NCBI RefSeq assembly: GCF_006345805.1
Contig: NC_043008.1
Span: 22,878,001 to 22,942,000, forward strand
Reading direction: 5' to 3'
DNA from: Octopus sinensis
Taxonomy: Eukaryota
Length of the DNA stretch: 64,000 nt
The notes under the pieces were generated by a model, which saw only the letters and a program-made list of their open reading frames with translations, ran no database searches and was not told the origin of the DNA. The position numbers and the translations under genes are program-made. Shown piece by piece: positions 36,767 to 48,823 of the stretch (positions within the stretch are counted from its first letter, which is position 1; every line of letters begins with the position of its first letter).

Positions 36767-37496
36767 CGAATCACATGACAGACCACTCAAGCACAGCAAA
36801 TAATCTTTGCTCCCTGGAGCCTTACGGCATCTATGAATAAAGGAATTTCTTCCAGCTTTGTTCAGAGAGGAGAATTGCTTTGCAGGTAGCTTTGACACAC
36901 TACTTGTATTCTTGTTTGCCATGCATCTATAAGCAGGAAGAATGAGAGACTGCAAGAAGTAATGGCACATATTTCTGCTCCTGGCTGTCAAGCACACGTC
37001 ACCAAGTTCTGACTGATTTGAAAAGCAAATACGTATACTTTCTTCAGACAGTTATCATTGTGCTGTAACCAACAGTTGCTGTACAAATTCCTTTAGCAGT
37101 CGAATAAAATGTAACAGTTTATTGCAACTCATTTTCTTGTTTTCTTTCCACTGTTTTATACACAACTCATTGAAACCAAAAATCTGTAATTATGCCAGGG
37201 CCAGAGGCATACTAACTCACCTCGCTAAAAGATAAACGTCTAGAAATACAGTAAGTAGGTATTAACTAAAACTAAAATCTCTTCTAGTTTTATCAAAACA
37301 GGCTTTACATTTTTTTTTTGTAATTGACACCCTTTCACCTATTTCAAGGATAAATAAAAGTTGAATGATAAAGCTAGATAAAGGCCTTTTAGCAAGGGTA
37401 TTCATCAGGTGGTAGCATAACTGTGTAAGTAAGAAAGCTGATATTTTGTTTTGGAATGAGGGTCTTCTAAGTGACCGATGTAAGGTTGGAGTAGTT

Positions 37497-37706
37497 ACTC
37501 TTTTACTCTTTTACTTGTTTCAGTCATTTGACTGTGGCCATGCTGGAGCACCGCCTTTAGTCGAGCAAATCGACCCCGGGACTTATTCTTTGTAAGCCCA
37601 GTACTTATTCTATCGGTCTCTTTTGCCGAACTGCTAAGTGACGGGCACGTAAACACACCAGCATCGGTTGTCAAGCGATGCTAGGGGGACAAACACAGAC
37701 ACACAA

Positions 37707-37768
<62 letters not shown>

Positions 37769-38440
37769 TTGTGTGTGTGTGTTTGTGTGTGTGTCTGTGT
37801 TTGTCCCCCTAGCATCGCTTGACATATATATACATGTCGTATATATATATATACATATATACGACAGGCTTCTTTCAGTTTCTGTCTACCAAATCCACTC
37901 ACAAGGCATTGGTCGGCCCGGGGTTATAGCAGAAGACACTTGCCCAAGATGCCACGCAGTGGGACTGAACCCGGAACCATGTGGTTGGTAAGCAAGCTAC
38001 TTACCACACAGCCACACCTGCGCCTATGTAGTTGTGTAGCTGTTTAGAAAATGGTAGGTAAATATCAGTGGGATTTCAACTACACACGAAACCGTGGGTG
38101 TATGTTTTGAGATAGTGTAAGAAGGACCTGCAGGAAGGGCTAGTGTGGGATGCTAGGGAGACTATGCAAATACCTTGGCTGCTAAAATTTGGGGCTGTTA
38201 TGCAAACTCTTGATAACTTGGACAATATTTCTTAACCTAACATAGGCGCAGGAGTGGCTGTGTGGTAAGTAGCTTGCTTACCAACCACATGGTTCCGGGT
38301 TCAGTTCCACTGCGTGGCACCTTGGGCAAGTGTCTTCTACTATAGCCTTGGGCCAACCAAAGCCTTGTGAGTGGATTTGGTAGACGGAAACTGAAAGAAG
38401 CCTGTCGTATGTATATATATGTGTGTGTGGTGTGTGTGTG

Positions 38441-38471
<31 letters not shown>

Positions 38472-39375
38472 TTGTGTGTCTGTGTTTGTCCCCCTAGCAT
38501 CGCTTGACATATATATACATGTCGTATATATATATATACATATATACGACAGGCTTCTTTCAGTTTCTGTCTACCAAATCCACTCACAAGGCATTGGTCG
38601 GCCCGGGGTTATAGCAGAAGACACTTGCCCAAGATGCCACGCAGTGGGACTGAACCCGGAACCATGTGGTTGGTAAGCAAGCTACTTACCACACAGCCAC
38701 ACCTGCGCCTATGTAGTTGTGTAGCTGTTTAGAAAATGGTAGGTAAATATCAGTGGGATTTCAACTACACACGAAACCGTGGGTGTATGTTTTGAGATAG
38801 TGTAAGAAGGACCTGCAGGAAGGGCTAGTGTGGGATGCTAGGGAGACTATGCAAATACCTTGGCTGCTAAAATTTGGGGCTGTTATGCAAACTCTTGATA
38901 ACTTGGACAATATTTCTTAACCTAACAATATTTCTTAACCTAACATAGGCGCAGGAGTGGCTGTGTGGTAAGTAGCTTGCTTACCAACCACATGGTTCCG
39001 GGTTCAGTTCCACTGCGTGGCACCTTGGGCAAGTGTCTTCTACTATAGCCTTGGGCAAACCAAAGCCTTGTGAGTGGATTTGGTAGACGGAAACTGAAAG
39101 AAGCCTGTCGTATGTATATATATGTGTGTGTGTGTGTGTGGTGTGTGTGTGTGTGTGTTTGTGTGTGTGTCTGTGTTTGTCCCCCTAGCACTGCTTGACA
39201 ACCGATGCTGGTGTGTTTACGTCCCCGTTACTTAGCGGTTCAGCAAAAGAGACCGATAGAATAAGTACTAGGCTTACAAAGAATAAGTCCCGGGGGTCGA
39301 GTTGCTCGACTAAAGGCGGTACTCCAGCATGGCCACAGTCAAATGACTGAAACAAGTAAAAGAGTAAAAGAGTAA
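37497..39375. repeat. Tandem duplication (period about 685-691 bp) of inverted SINE-A pieces plus a ~215-bp unique spacer
   Basis: The spacer recurs at 38027-38240 and 38712-38943. Fold-back junction agcatcgcttgacatatatatac at 37811 and 38496. Confidence 0.85.
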
Positions 39376-40704
39376 CTAAAAAAAAACGAAGCTTAGTAAT
39401 AAAGAAAGCAGGTGAAATCATTCTCAGAACAGAGGTAGAAAGAGGACGTGGGTGGTAAGTGAGGTAGGTAAGTGGAGTGTCGGGTGTATAGTGTATGACC
39501 TATCACATGATCTGGCGTTTGAATTTCAATTTTTGCCAATTTTTACTCAATGATATAGATAGACTTCTTGTTTGCAAGTTAACTAATTTTGATAGGGGGC
39601 ACGTTTTTCAGCTGGTGTAGAAAAGGATAACAATTGGAAAGGTTTGTAGAAAAATAGAGAAGGGGCACATATTGTAGGACTGTGAGAATGGGGGTACACA
39701 TTGTAGGGCAAGGAGAATGGGTCATACATTGTAGGGCTGGCAGAAAGGTGCACATCTAAAGGCCAGGAGAAAGGGAGAAGGAGAGGACATTGCAAGGATG
39801 GGAGAACATTGCAGAGCTGGGAGAAAGGGAGAAGGGAAGAACACTGTAGAATGGGGCTCACTTTGTTGGGCTACGGATAAGTAAGTATCAAATGTAGGGC
39901 TTACCTCAGGTGCTGGATTCCCTGGTATCAGTCCTTCTTATTGATCTAGCTTAAAAAGAACACATGCGAGAAGAGACTCACATATTATTCCAGTCATGTT
40001 CTGATACACAATGTATATTCGGTCAGCTGACAGGCTGTTTATTAGCATTTTGTGTTGTTAATTGAGATAACAAGTAGATTACAAGAAATGGAACTATAAG
40101 GTTTTCTGATACCACTGTTTGATTATGTTAGAACAAAGTTGTTTTTTTTTCTTCTTGAAGCCACCACCTATCTTCTATGTGAGGCTTATCTTATGAGTAA
40201 CGAAGTGGTTGAATGTAGTGGTCTGAATGTGTTAAGATTTGGAGGAAGAGATGTGTTGGTTTGTGACATAAAAGATCTGCCTTTCTAAAAGATGTTGACG
40301 ATGTTCATAGCTACAGGATTGATGATTACGATGCTATTTCACTTTCCATTTTATTTTAGTCAGGAGAGAAGGTAGATCCTATGATCCACTATAGGGTTTC
40401 CAGAACTGGAGGGAGGGAAGAAAGTGTCCTCACACTAGAAACCTAGTCCAAATACTTTCTACAGAATGGTCTCTGCTAAAAGTATTGAAGATACCAAATA
40501 GAGGTGCTAATCAAATCTCTACACTGGGGTCAGGAAGGAGGAAGATACCGTCAAACTGAAAACCTGTCGTATATGTTTGTGACAGAATATATTCAATTAA
40601 GGGTACTTAAGATGACACATAGGGATGTTAAGCTGGGTAAGGACAGATTTTGAACTCAGAATGCAAAGAGCCAGAACAAACACCACAGGGCAGCTGGTGC
40701 AATG

Positions 40705-41030
40705 TCTCTAGTGAAGGCAACATCATGCTGCCCCACATCTTTGAACAATGCCTTAGGCTCAATACAGATGGCTGTTAGAAGCTGCTGGAGATAGGTCAAA
40801 CCCCAGCTGGGGAGGGTTGCTGCTAGATGTCCATATGTATGGCAGCAAACTTTGGCTCCTTACCATACCTCCAGGAAGAGTCAGAAGTGATTGTTGGAGA
40901 GTTTCTATGACACCACCAGCCCCAATATCTGGCCTCCTAATTCCCCTGATAACAATCTCATGGATTACTATGTGTGAGGTATGGTTGATAAAGATACCAA
41001 CCACTCTACCTGCAACAAAATATTCAGACC
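40705..41030 (+). pseudogene. Tc1/mariner transposase relic
   Basis: SEGNIMLPHIF..LRLNTD...PYVWQQTLAPYHTSRKSQ...WPPNSPD..MDYYV. Confidence 0.75.
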
Positions 41031-41679
41031 TCCCCACAAAATATTCAGACCTAGAAAAGTATATTGTGACTGTTACAGAATATAGAAAGTAATGTAACAT
41101 CAATGACTGTATAATCCAACCAAAATATCTCAGTTACACAAATGTAAACGGAATGACTATTTAACCTTAAAATACATCGTACATATTCAAAGAACCTTAA
41201 TATACAAATTGAAATGCAAACGAACGAAATGATAAATGGATTTATGAATGAAAGTTTGGTAATTGCGTTTATTTCCACCACGCGACACTTATTAATGCAA
41301 ACATGTTTTAACTAACCTAAACTATACACACACAAATACATTCATATATATATATTTCGAATTGTAGCTGTAATTCAAAGGGACCAGCCTTGTCATATTC
41401 TGTGAGGCTGAATCTTACTGAGAACTACGTTAATGTTATGCATGTCTGTGGAGTACTCAACCATTTGTGAGTTAATTTTATCCTCGTGTGGTAATGAAAA
41501 GTGAAATTCACATCGAATATTTACTGTGTGTGTGTGTATCTATGTACGAGCTTTTCTTTGATTTTATGTATCTACTTTCTCTATTTCTCTTTCACTTCCT
41601 TTGTGTCTCTCATATGTACCTACTTCTCTTGTGATGTGATAAACATTTAAAAACACAAAATGAACGCTGTCACCACTCA

Positions 41680-41722
<43 letters not shown>

Positions 41723-41910
41723 TGTCTCTCTGAAACATTTAAAAATACAAAACGAATGCCGTCACCACTCAGTGTCTCTTTCCCTCTCACTCTCTTTCTC
41801 TCTCAGTCTTTCTCTCTCAGTCTTTCTCTCTCACTCTTTCTTTCTCTCTTTCTCTCTCTCACTCTTTCTCTCTCTTACTTCCTCTCTGTCCTCCTCTCTC
41901 TCTCTCGCTT
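41680..41910. repeat. (CT)n-rich microsatellite
   Basis: Visible directly in the sequence. Confidence 0.9.
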
Positions 41911-42092
41911 TGCCACCTCTTTGAAGTAAGTGTAACGCACACAACAAATACGTACAAAAACAAAGTTAACGTATTAATATTATTGATGATGATAATGATG
42001 ATAAGAGAATAAATTAAAATAAAGAATATGGCAAAATAAAATAAGTAAAATAAAAATTATACATACATACATCATACATACACACACACACC

Positions 42093-42139
<47 letters not shown>

Positions 42140-42435
42140 CATATGTATATATATATATAAAAATAGATATACATATATAATAACATTAGGGAGTAAATCC
42201 AAACGTACAGGGAAAAGTTAGATTAGGATTAAATCTATTTTATAGTATAAAGTATATTATATTAAATAGAGATAAAACCACTATGAGGCAAATCAAACAG
42301 TGAAAATCATAAGCCAATACATAGAAATGAAATTTTAAAAAATATATAAAATATAAAATATAAAATTCCAACTTTAATATTTAAATTAAAGTTAAAATTT
42401 TAAAAATTATTTAAATAATTTAAACTTATAAATTT

Positions 42436-42505
<70 letters not shown>

Positions 42506-42898
42506 TTATTATTATTATTTATTTTATTTATTTATTTACTTATTTTTTTATTTATTATTTTTTTTTAATTATATAACTATCAAAAAGTATTAAAAGTTTA
42601 ATATAAGATAAAGATAAAGATATTGGTGGGTTTCTTACCTTAAAAATTAATACTTAAAAATTAGAATTAATATTTAACATTATAATCGATGTTTTGATAT
42701 AATCATAATCGATAAGTTTCTAGTTTGATGATAGAATTTTTTATAAGTAAAATTATTATATTATTTATTTCTTAAAAATATTGTTTAAATATTTTTGATT
42801 ATTTATTAAAATATTACAATTAACCTGAAGATTGACTGTAACCATAATTCGAATTATTAATTGAATTTAAATTATTGTTATTCGAATATTGTTATTCG

Positions 42899-43013
42899 AT
42901 AATCACGACTATAAGATACCCGAATTTGGTTAAACTGCACCGCAAAATGTGGGAGAAGTTAGGAATCTAAATCGTAGGAGACAGACACTCACACAACTAC
43001 AGTTTTATATATA
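42899..43013 (-). mobile_element. Helitron-like fragment
   Basis: aatcacgactataagataccc...gtaggagacagacac...ttttatatat. Confidence 0.7.
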
Positions 43014-43343
43014 TGGGACTTCAAGAAACAGATTATTGTGTGAGAGAAATTTACTGATACTTATGAGCTTCCATAATATATTTAACGTGTTCCCCCAACC
43101 CCTCATTATTCCTGCCCTTAGATTCTCTTGCAATATCTTTCTTTAAATCATACCCGATAATCACATTCACCGAAGTACTGTCACATATATTTTGCATTTA
43201 TCATTTTATTCTGGGATTTGGTTCACGTCCCTGTGAGATTTGTTATCTTAGACATTTATCTACACACACACGTATATGTATGTGTGTGTATGTATACGTG
43301 TGTATATACATATAATCTTTTTGGGATTAACTATATATATATA
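43014..43343. repeat. Outer left arm of the long inverted repeat (pairs with 47891-48219)
   Basis: gggacttcaagaaacagattattgtgtgag... is the reverse complement of ...ctcacacaataatctgtttcttgaagtccc, with a few substitutions and indels. Confidence 0.92.
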
Positions 43344-43433
43344 ACTTACTTAGAATAACTTAGAAAGGTTTTTGGCCAGTATTGGCCCAGGCCATGTCTA
43401 ACTTAATAGCACCACCTGGCGAAGTCTTTCAGT

Positions 43434-44879
43434 TCAGGATTTGGGCACCAAGGCCCATTCGAGCAGAGAGTTATTTTGCGGAGACATATCCGGGTGTGGG
43501 TGGTTTGTCCGGTACTGTTTGAAGGAATTTGTCCAAAGACTTCTTGAATTTTGTGTGGTCAGTTTCTTTTTGACGTGTCCTGGTGTAATGTTGAAGAGAG
43601 CGGGTCCAATTGAGGTGAAATAGTTGTGCCGTATTGTCGTTATGTGATGCGATTTAGATTTTTGTTGTGGACGGATGGCACGTGGTCCAAGCCTTGGATG
43701 CATTTTGAAGGTGATGCCAACATCATTCGGACAGTGCTGATGGAATATTTTCCACATCATACAGATAATGTAGCGTTCACGGCGTCGTTGGAGTGAATAC
43801 AATTTCAGCTTCTCTAGTCTACCCCAGTAGTCAAGGTCTGACATGCCATCTATCTTTTTTGTGATTGACCTTTGGGGAGCTTCAATTCTCATAATATTTT
43901 GTTTTGTGTAGGGAGACCACAGTGGACAGCAGTATTCAAGGTGGGGTCGGGCAAAAGTGGAGAAGAGAAGGATAATAGCGTGGGAATCTCTCGACTGGAA
44001 GGTTCTGAGAATCCAGGAACACATTCTGCGGGCCATGTCAACTTTGCTGCTTATATGTGTAGCCCAGCTTATGTTGTTGTCCACTGTTACTCCCAGGTCT
44101 CTGATGTTGTTGGATGCCATGAGAATTTCTCCAGAAGAAGGAAGAGAGTATGGGAGTTTCAGAGCGTCCTCCCTTCCAAAGTGGATCAGTTCGAATTTGT
44201 CTTCATTTAGCAACATGTTATTCTTTTCCGCCCATTGGACAACATCCAGTAGGTCTGACTGAAGGTTTATTCGGTCATCCACGCCATTGATGACCTTCTG
44301 GAGCTTGGAATCATCAGCGAAGGTTCTGATGTTGCTGTGTTTGATGGTGTCAGTAATATCATTTATGTAGATGATGAAGAGAAGTGGGCCCAACACAGTG
44401 CCTTGTGGGACACCACTGCTGACTTTGGCTGGGCTGGATTTGACTCCTTCGACTACAACATGTTGGGTTCTGTTAGAGAGGAAGCACTTGATCCATTGCA
44501 GAAGCTTTCCAGTGACACCAATATTGGACAGCTTTCTCAGAAGGATCTTATGATCAACCCTGTCAAAGGCCTTGCTGAAATCAAGGTAGATGACATCAGT
44601 GTTGGAACCCTCTCCCAAGGCTCTCAAAATGTCATCAAAATGATGCAGTAGCTGCGTCAGGCAATCTCTCCCATTACGGAATCCATGCTGGTTGGGGTTC
44701 AGCATATTATGACTCTCAAGGAAGTGAGTCATACGCGATCTCAGCACCCTCTCAAATACCTTGATGATATGAGAGGTGAGTGAGATTGGACGGTAATTCA
44801 CGGCAAGCGATTTGTTTCCTTTTTTGAAAACTGGGACAAACAGACTGGGATAGAAGGTCTTCTGGTATATATCCAGCAT
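43434..44879 (-). CDS. CR1 ORF2 reverse transcriptase portion (481 aa open)
   Basis: ORF track; all RT motifs are present. Confidence 0.9.
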   Translation of the reverse strand: MLDIYQKTFYPSLFVPVFKKGNKSLAVNYRPISLTSHIIKVFERVLRSRMTHFLESHNMLNPNQHGFRNGRDCLTQLLHHFDDILRALGEGSNTDVIYLDFSKAFDRVDHKILLRKLSNIGVTGKLLQWIKCFLSNRTQHVVVEGVKSSPAKVSSGVPQGTVLGPLLFIIYINDITDTIKHSNIRTFADDSKLQKVINGVDDRINLQSDLLDVVQWAEKNNMLLNEDKFELIHFGREDALKLPYSLPSSGEILMASNNIRDLGVTVDNNISWATHISSKVDMARRMCSWILRTFQSRDSHAIILLFSTFARPHLEYCCPLWSPYTKQNIMRIEAPQRSITKKIDGMSDLDYWGRLEKLKLYSLQRRRERYIICMMWKIFHQHCPNDVGITFKMHPRLGPRAIRPQQKSKSHHITTIRHNYFTSIGPALFNITPGHVKKKLTTQNSRSLWTNSFKQYRTNHPHPDMSPQNNSLLEWALVPKS

Positions 44880-45933
44880 CCAATGAGTTCTGCCACAGAT
44901 TGGCTAGAGGGGGTGCAAGTTGGTTTTGACACATCTTCAAGACACAAGCAGGGAACCTATCGGGACCTACTGCTGAATTATGCTTCATTTCCTTTATTGC
45001 TGCTAAGACATCAGGAGCGCCAAATGTTATGTCCGATAAAGTGTATTGGGGAGTAACATCACTGATACAGCCCAGATCAGTCATATCAGGATTGCTGAAA
45101 ACAGAGCAATATTGTTTCTGCAATATTTCTCCCATGGTTTTGGCATTGTCTTGAAGAGTACCATTTTCATCAATCAGAGGGCCAACAGTAGAACCAGTGA
45201 CTCTGTGTTTTTTTGCAAATGAAAAGAACACTTTGGGATTGAGTTTGATCTTCTCAATGGCCCAGGCCTCTTCAGCTCTTCGCTGACTATTGATGATAGA
45301 CATCATGTGTTTTGGAAGTTTATGTTTTTTAATCTCTAGCGACGAGATGGCAGTCAGGTTGGTGTGTTGCTGTTGACAGTATTTCAGCATGTTGATCTTT
45401 TTGTTGATTCTTTTAATTTTCCTTATGAGAGATTTTCTATTTCTAGGGATTCGACACTTAGATTTGTTTGCAGATCTTAATGGGGTGTGTCTTGCACATA
45501 TGTTCGTGATGGTGTCTACAAGTGACTGCCAGGACTTTTTGATGTTAGTGGGTGTGTATGTGTGCGTGAAGGACCAATCGACTTGTGCAAGATCATTATT
45601 GATCGCTTCCCAGTTTGCATTGTGGAAATCCATAGTGTCAAATGGATGAGCAGGAGGGATGACATTTGTTTTGCATTTTGGCCAGTGAAATCTCAGATCA
45701 CAGAGAACCATGTCATGGTCGGAGAGTAGGGTTTTCTCCACTGCAATATTGTGGATAGTATCAGTGTGATTGCTGAAAATTAAGTCCAAGACGTTTTTGT
45801 GACATCTCGTTGGTTCGAGTACCAGTTGGGGACAAGAAGAAGTCATCCATGAAGTCAAGAAGCGATTCCACTGCCTCCCTGTCAGGGGTTGAGAGAGAAG
45901 AACCTGGCGGCAGACTGTTTGTAGACCAGTCAA
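44752..45933 (-). CDS. CR1 ORF2 late endonuclease and linker portion (frameshifted relative to RT)
   Basis: PTR..NVLDLIFSN, LSDH, NPKVFFSF, MKHNSAVGPD. Confidence 0.85.
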   Translation of the reverse strand: MTGLQTVCRQVLLSQPLTGRQWNRFLTSWMTSSCPQLVLEPTRCHKNVLDLIFSNHTDTIHNIAVEKTLLSDHDMVLCDLRFHWPKCKTNVIPPAHPFDTMDFHNANWEAINNDLAQVDWSFTHTYTPTNIKKSWQSLVDTITNICARHTPLRSANKSKCRIPRNRKSLIRKIKRINKKINMLKYCQQQHTNLTAISSLEIKKHKLPKHMMSIINSQRRAEEAWAIEKIKLNPKVFFSFAKKHRVTGSTVGPLIDENGTLQDNAKTMGEILQKQYCSVFSNPDMTDLGCISDVTPQYTLSDITFGAPDVLAAIKEMKHNSAVGPDRFPACVLKMCQNQLAPPLANLWQNSLDAGYIPEDLLSQSVCPSFQKRKQIACRELPSNLTHLSYHQGI

Positions 45934-46439
45934 CCCCGGGAAGGTTGAAATCTCCCATCATTAAATGTTGTCAGGTTGACACTGCTGAATGAAACACTTT
46001 ATGCTGTTGAGGCATTCCTTGAAGCATGGTAGGGGCGTTTGGGGTGGTCTGTAGAGCCCAACTACTGTTAAGTTGTTGGTTTGACTGAATACAGCGACTG
46101 CTTCGCAGTATCCATTCGAAAATATGTTCATGGCTTCTTTTGAGAATGAATCATGGACATAAATGGCAGTCCCACCCTTTCTTCTGCCAAACGATCAGCA
46201 CGAATGGTTTTGAAATTTTAACTTTCACCTCGGCTTCCAAGTGGAGGTCACTAAGATGGGTTTCAGTGAGGACGAAGAAAGGGATGTGGTTTGGATGGGC
46301 CTCGACCCAGTCCTCCAGGAATCTTATCTTCCATTTTTGTGTATTGGTGGAAGGGCTGATGCCTTGGGCATTAAGCAGAAATGTTGAGGCGAGAGTGGTG
46401 GTTTTAATTGTTTTGGTGATTTGTTTATTTGATTGCTTT

Positions 46440-46985
46440 TTAATGGCATGTGTAGTGGGGTAATAGTGGTGGATGGCGGTGGGTGATAGCTCGGATGTTT
46501 TTTTCCAGTTCTTTTGCTAGATTCATTATAGCTAAAAAAGAGGAAGAAGAGGTGGTTTCCTGTCTAGGGAACCGCAGGTGACTGTGGCCGCGGCTATTTT
46601 TATGTGAGTGGTTATCTTTAAATGTCCGACGAGTCCCCGGGAGATGGGTAAAGGGGCAATCCCTGTGCAAGCACAATCTGTCTCGCTGGGAATAGCGGCA
46701 GATTTGGGGATTCCTTGTTTGAGATATTGGTGGTTGTGGTGATGTTGTATTATGGTGGTTGCTGTTGTAGTTTGTGGGGATAGAGCGTTTTGTTCCAGGT
46801 AAATGGGTGAATTTGCAGTCTCTATCAGTGCACAGTCTATGGCGAAGAGAATATCGGCAAATGATGGGTTTCGAGTGGTGTGTAGGTGCGTGTGTGTGTG
46901 TGAGCTGTGAAAGGGTGTAGATGATAGTTTGTTGAAGTTTTGGCGACCTTTGTGACCTGTAGGAGGTAAATTCCTTGAGATAGCA
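46440..46985 (-). CDS. CR1 ORF1 C-terminal frame with two CCCH-type fingers (no ATG in frame)
   Basis: [19 protein letters not shown] (46803-46859) and [19 protein letters not shown] (46644-46700) lie in one open 182-codon frame. Confidence 0.65.
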   Translation of the reverse strand, partial: CYLKEFTSYRSQRSPKLQQTIIYTLSQLTHTHAPTHHSKPIICRYSLRHRLCTDRDCKFTHLPGTKRSIPTNYNSNHHNTTSPQPPISQTRNPQICRYSQRDRLCLHRDCPFTHLPGTRRTFKDNHSHKNSRGHSHLRFPRQETTSSSSFLAIMNLAKELEKNIRAITHRHPPLLPHYTCH

Positions 46986-47118
46986 TTAGTAGTAGTAGCT
47001 GTAGTAGTAGTAGTAGTAGGTAGAAGAGATGTTGACAGTGGTAATGATTGAGGAGGTCGATTCCAAGACAAAGATGTTTGTCGATATATAGTGGGAGTAG
47101 TACTAGTAGTAGTAGTAG

Positions 47119-47209
47119 TATATACATACATACATATATATATATGTATGTGTATATGTATATATGTATATGTATATATATATGTATAAATATGTATATA
47201 TGTATATAT

Positions 47210-47249
<40 letters not shown>

Positions 47250-47360
47250 GTATATGTATATGTATATATATATATATATGTATATGTATATATATATGTA
47301 TATATGTATATATGTATATATGTATATGTGTATATATGTATATATGTATATGTGTATATA

Positions 47361-47397
<37 letters not shown>

Positions 47398-47475
47398 TAT
47401 ATATATATATATACATACATATATGTACATACTTACATCTACATGTATATATACAAACATATATATACAAGCATA

Positions 47476-47537
<62 letters not shown>

Positions 47538-47727
47538 TTGTATATATATGTTTGTATATATACATGTAGATGTAAGTATGTACATATATGTATGTATATA
47601 TGCATATATTTTATTTATTTATGTTGTTATTATATATATATACATATATACACATATACATATATACATATATACACATATACATATATACATATATACA
47701 TATATACATATATATATACATATACAT

Positions 47728-47758
<31 letters not shown>

Positions 47759-47759
47759 C

Positions 47760-47805
<46 letters not shown>

Positions 47806-47890
47806 ATATATATACATATATACATATTTATACATATATATATATACATATATACATATACACATACATATATATATATGTATGTATGTA
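47119..47890. repeat. Self-complementary (TA/TATG/CATA)n block centred near 47500
   Basis: catacttacatctacatg (~47425) is mirrored by catgtagatgtaagtatg (~47563). 47120-47400 mirrors 47630-47890. Confidence 0.8.
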
Positions 47891-48219
47891 TATATATATA
47901 TAGTTAATCCCAAAAAGATTATATGTATATACACACGTATACATACACACACATACATATACGTGTGTGTGTAGATAAAATGTCAAGATAACAAATCTCA
48001 CAGGGACGTGAACCAAATCCCAGAATAAATGATAAATGCAAAATATATGTGACAGTACTTCGGTGAATGTGATTATCGGGTATGATTTAAAGAAAGATAT
48101 TGCAAGAGAATCTAAGGGCAGGAATAATGAGGGGTTGGGGGAACACGTTAAATGTATTATGGAAGCTCATAAATATCAGTAAATTTCTCTCACACAATAA
48201 TCTGTTTCTTGAAGTCCCA
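47891..48219. repeat. Outer right arm of the long inverted repeat
   Basis: Reverse complement of 43014-43343. Confidence 0.92.
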
Positions 48220-48305
48220 CTCCTGGTGGAAAGCTAAAAGGTAGGTAAGGAAGATTTAGAGTACGGAGATGTAAAAATTTTGAAATTTTTGGAATAAAAA
48301 TGTTC

Positions 48306-48460
48306 TGGCTGTGTGGTAAGTAGCTTGCTTACCAACCACATGGCTCCGGGTTCAGTCCCACAGCGTGGTACCTTGGGCAAGTGTCTTCTACTATAGCCTC
48401 GGGCCGACCAGAGCCTTGAGAGTGGATTTGGTAGACGGAAACTGAAAGAAGCCCGTCCTA
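48306..48460 (+). mobile_element. SINE family A, 5' half
   Basis: Consensus match. Confidence 0.75.
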
Positions 48461-48467
48461 TATATGT

Positions 48468-48790
48468 ATCATCGTTTAACGTCCGTCTTCCATGCTGGCA
48501 TGGGTTGGACGGTTTGATTGGGGACTGGCGAGCCAGGAGGCTGCCCCAGGCTCCAATCTGATCTGGCAATGTTTCTATAGCTGGATGCCCTTCCTAAAAC
48601 CAACCACTCCAAGAGTGTAGTGGGTGCTTTTTACGTGCCACCGGCATGGGAGCCAGTCAGGTGGTCCTGGCATCAGCCACGTTCGGATGGTGTTTTTTTT
48701 ACATGTTACCAGCAGAGGAGCCAGTCGAAGTGGCGGGTCTGGCATCGACCACTTTCAGAAGGTGCTTTTTATGTGCCACCGGGAAGGGGA
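48468..48790 (-). mobile_element. Family C copy
   Basis: Core plus subunits. Confidence 0.75.
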
Positions 48791-48823
48791 TGAAAATATA
48801 TTTTCTTTTTAAATATTACACAG

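Larger units (their letters stand above)
43344..47119 (-). mobile_element. CR1-clade LINE, near full ORF2 plus ORF1 remnant
   Basis: APE motifs LLNAQG, LTETHL, MGDFNLP and LSDHDMV. RT motifs YLDFSKAFDRVDH, GVPQGTVLGPLLF, FADDSK. The C-terminus RPHLEYCCPLWSPY...SLQRRR is CR1-type. Confidence 0.92.

Noticed and set aside
46532-48016. 200-350 aa ORFs on both strands
   Set aside because: They are stop-free microsatellite frames. The informative ORF1 frame is a different one (46440-46985).
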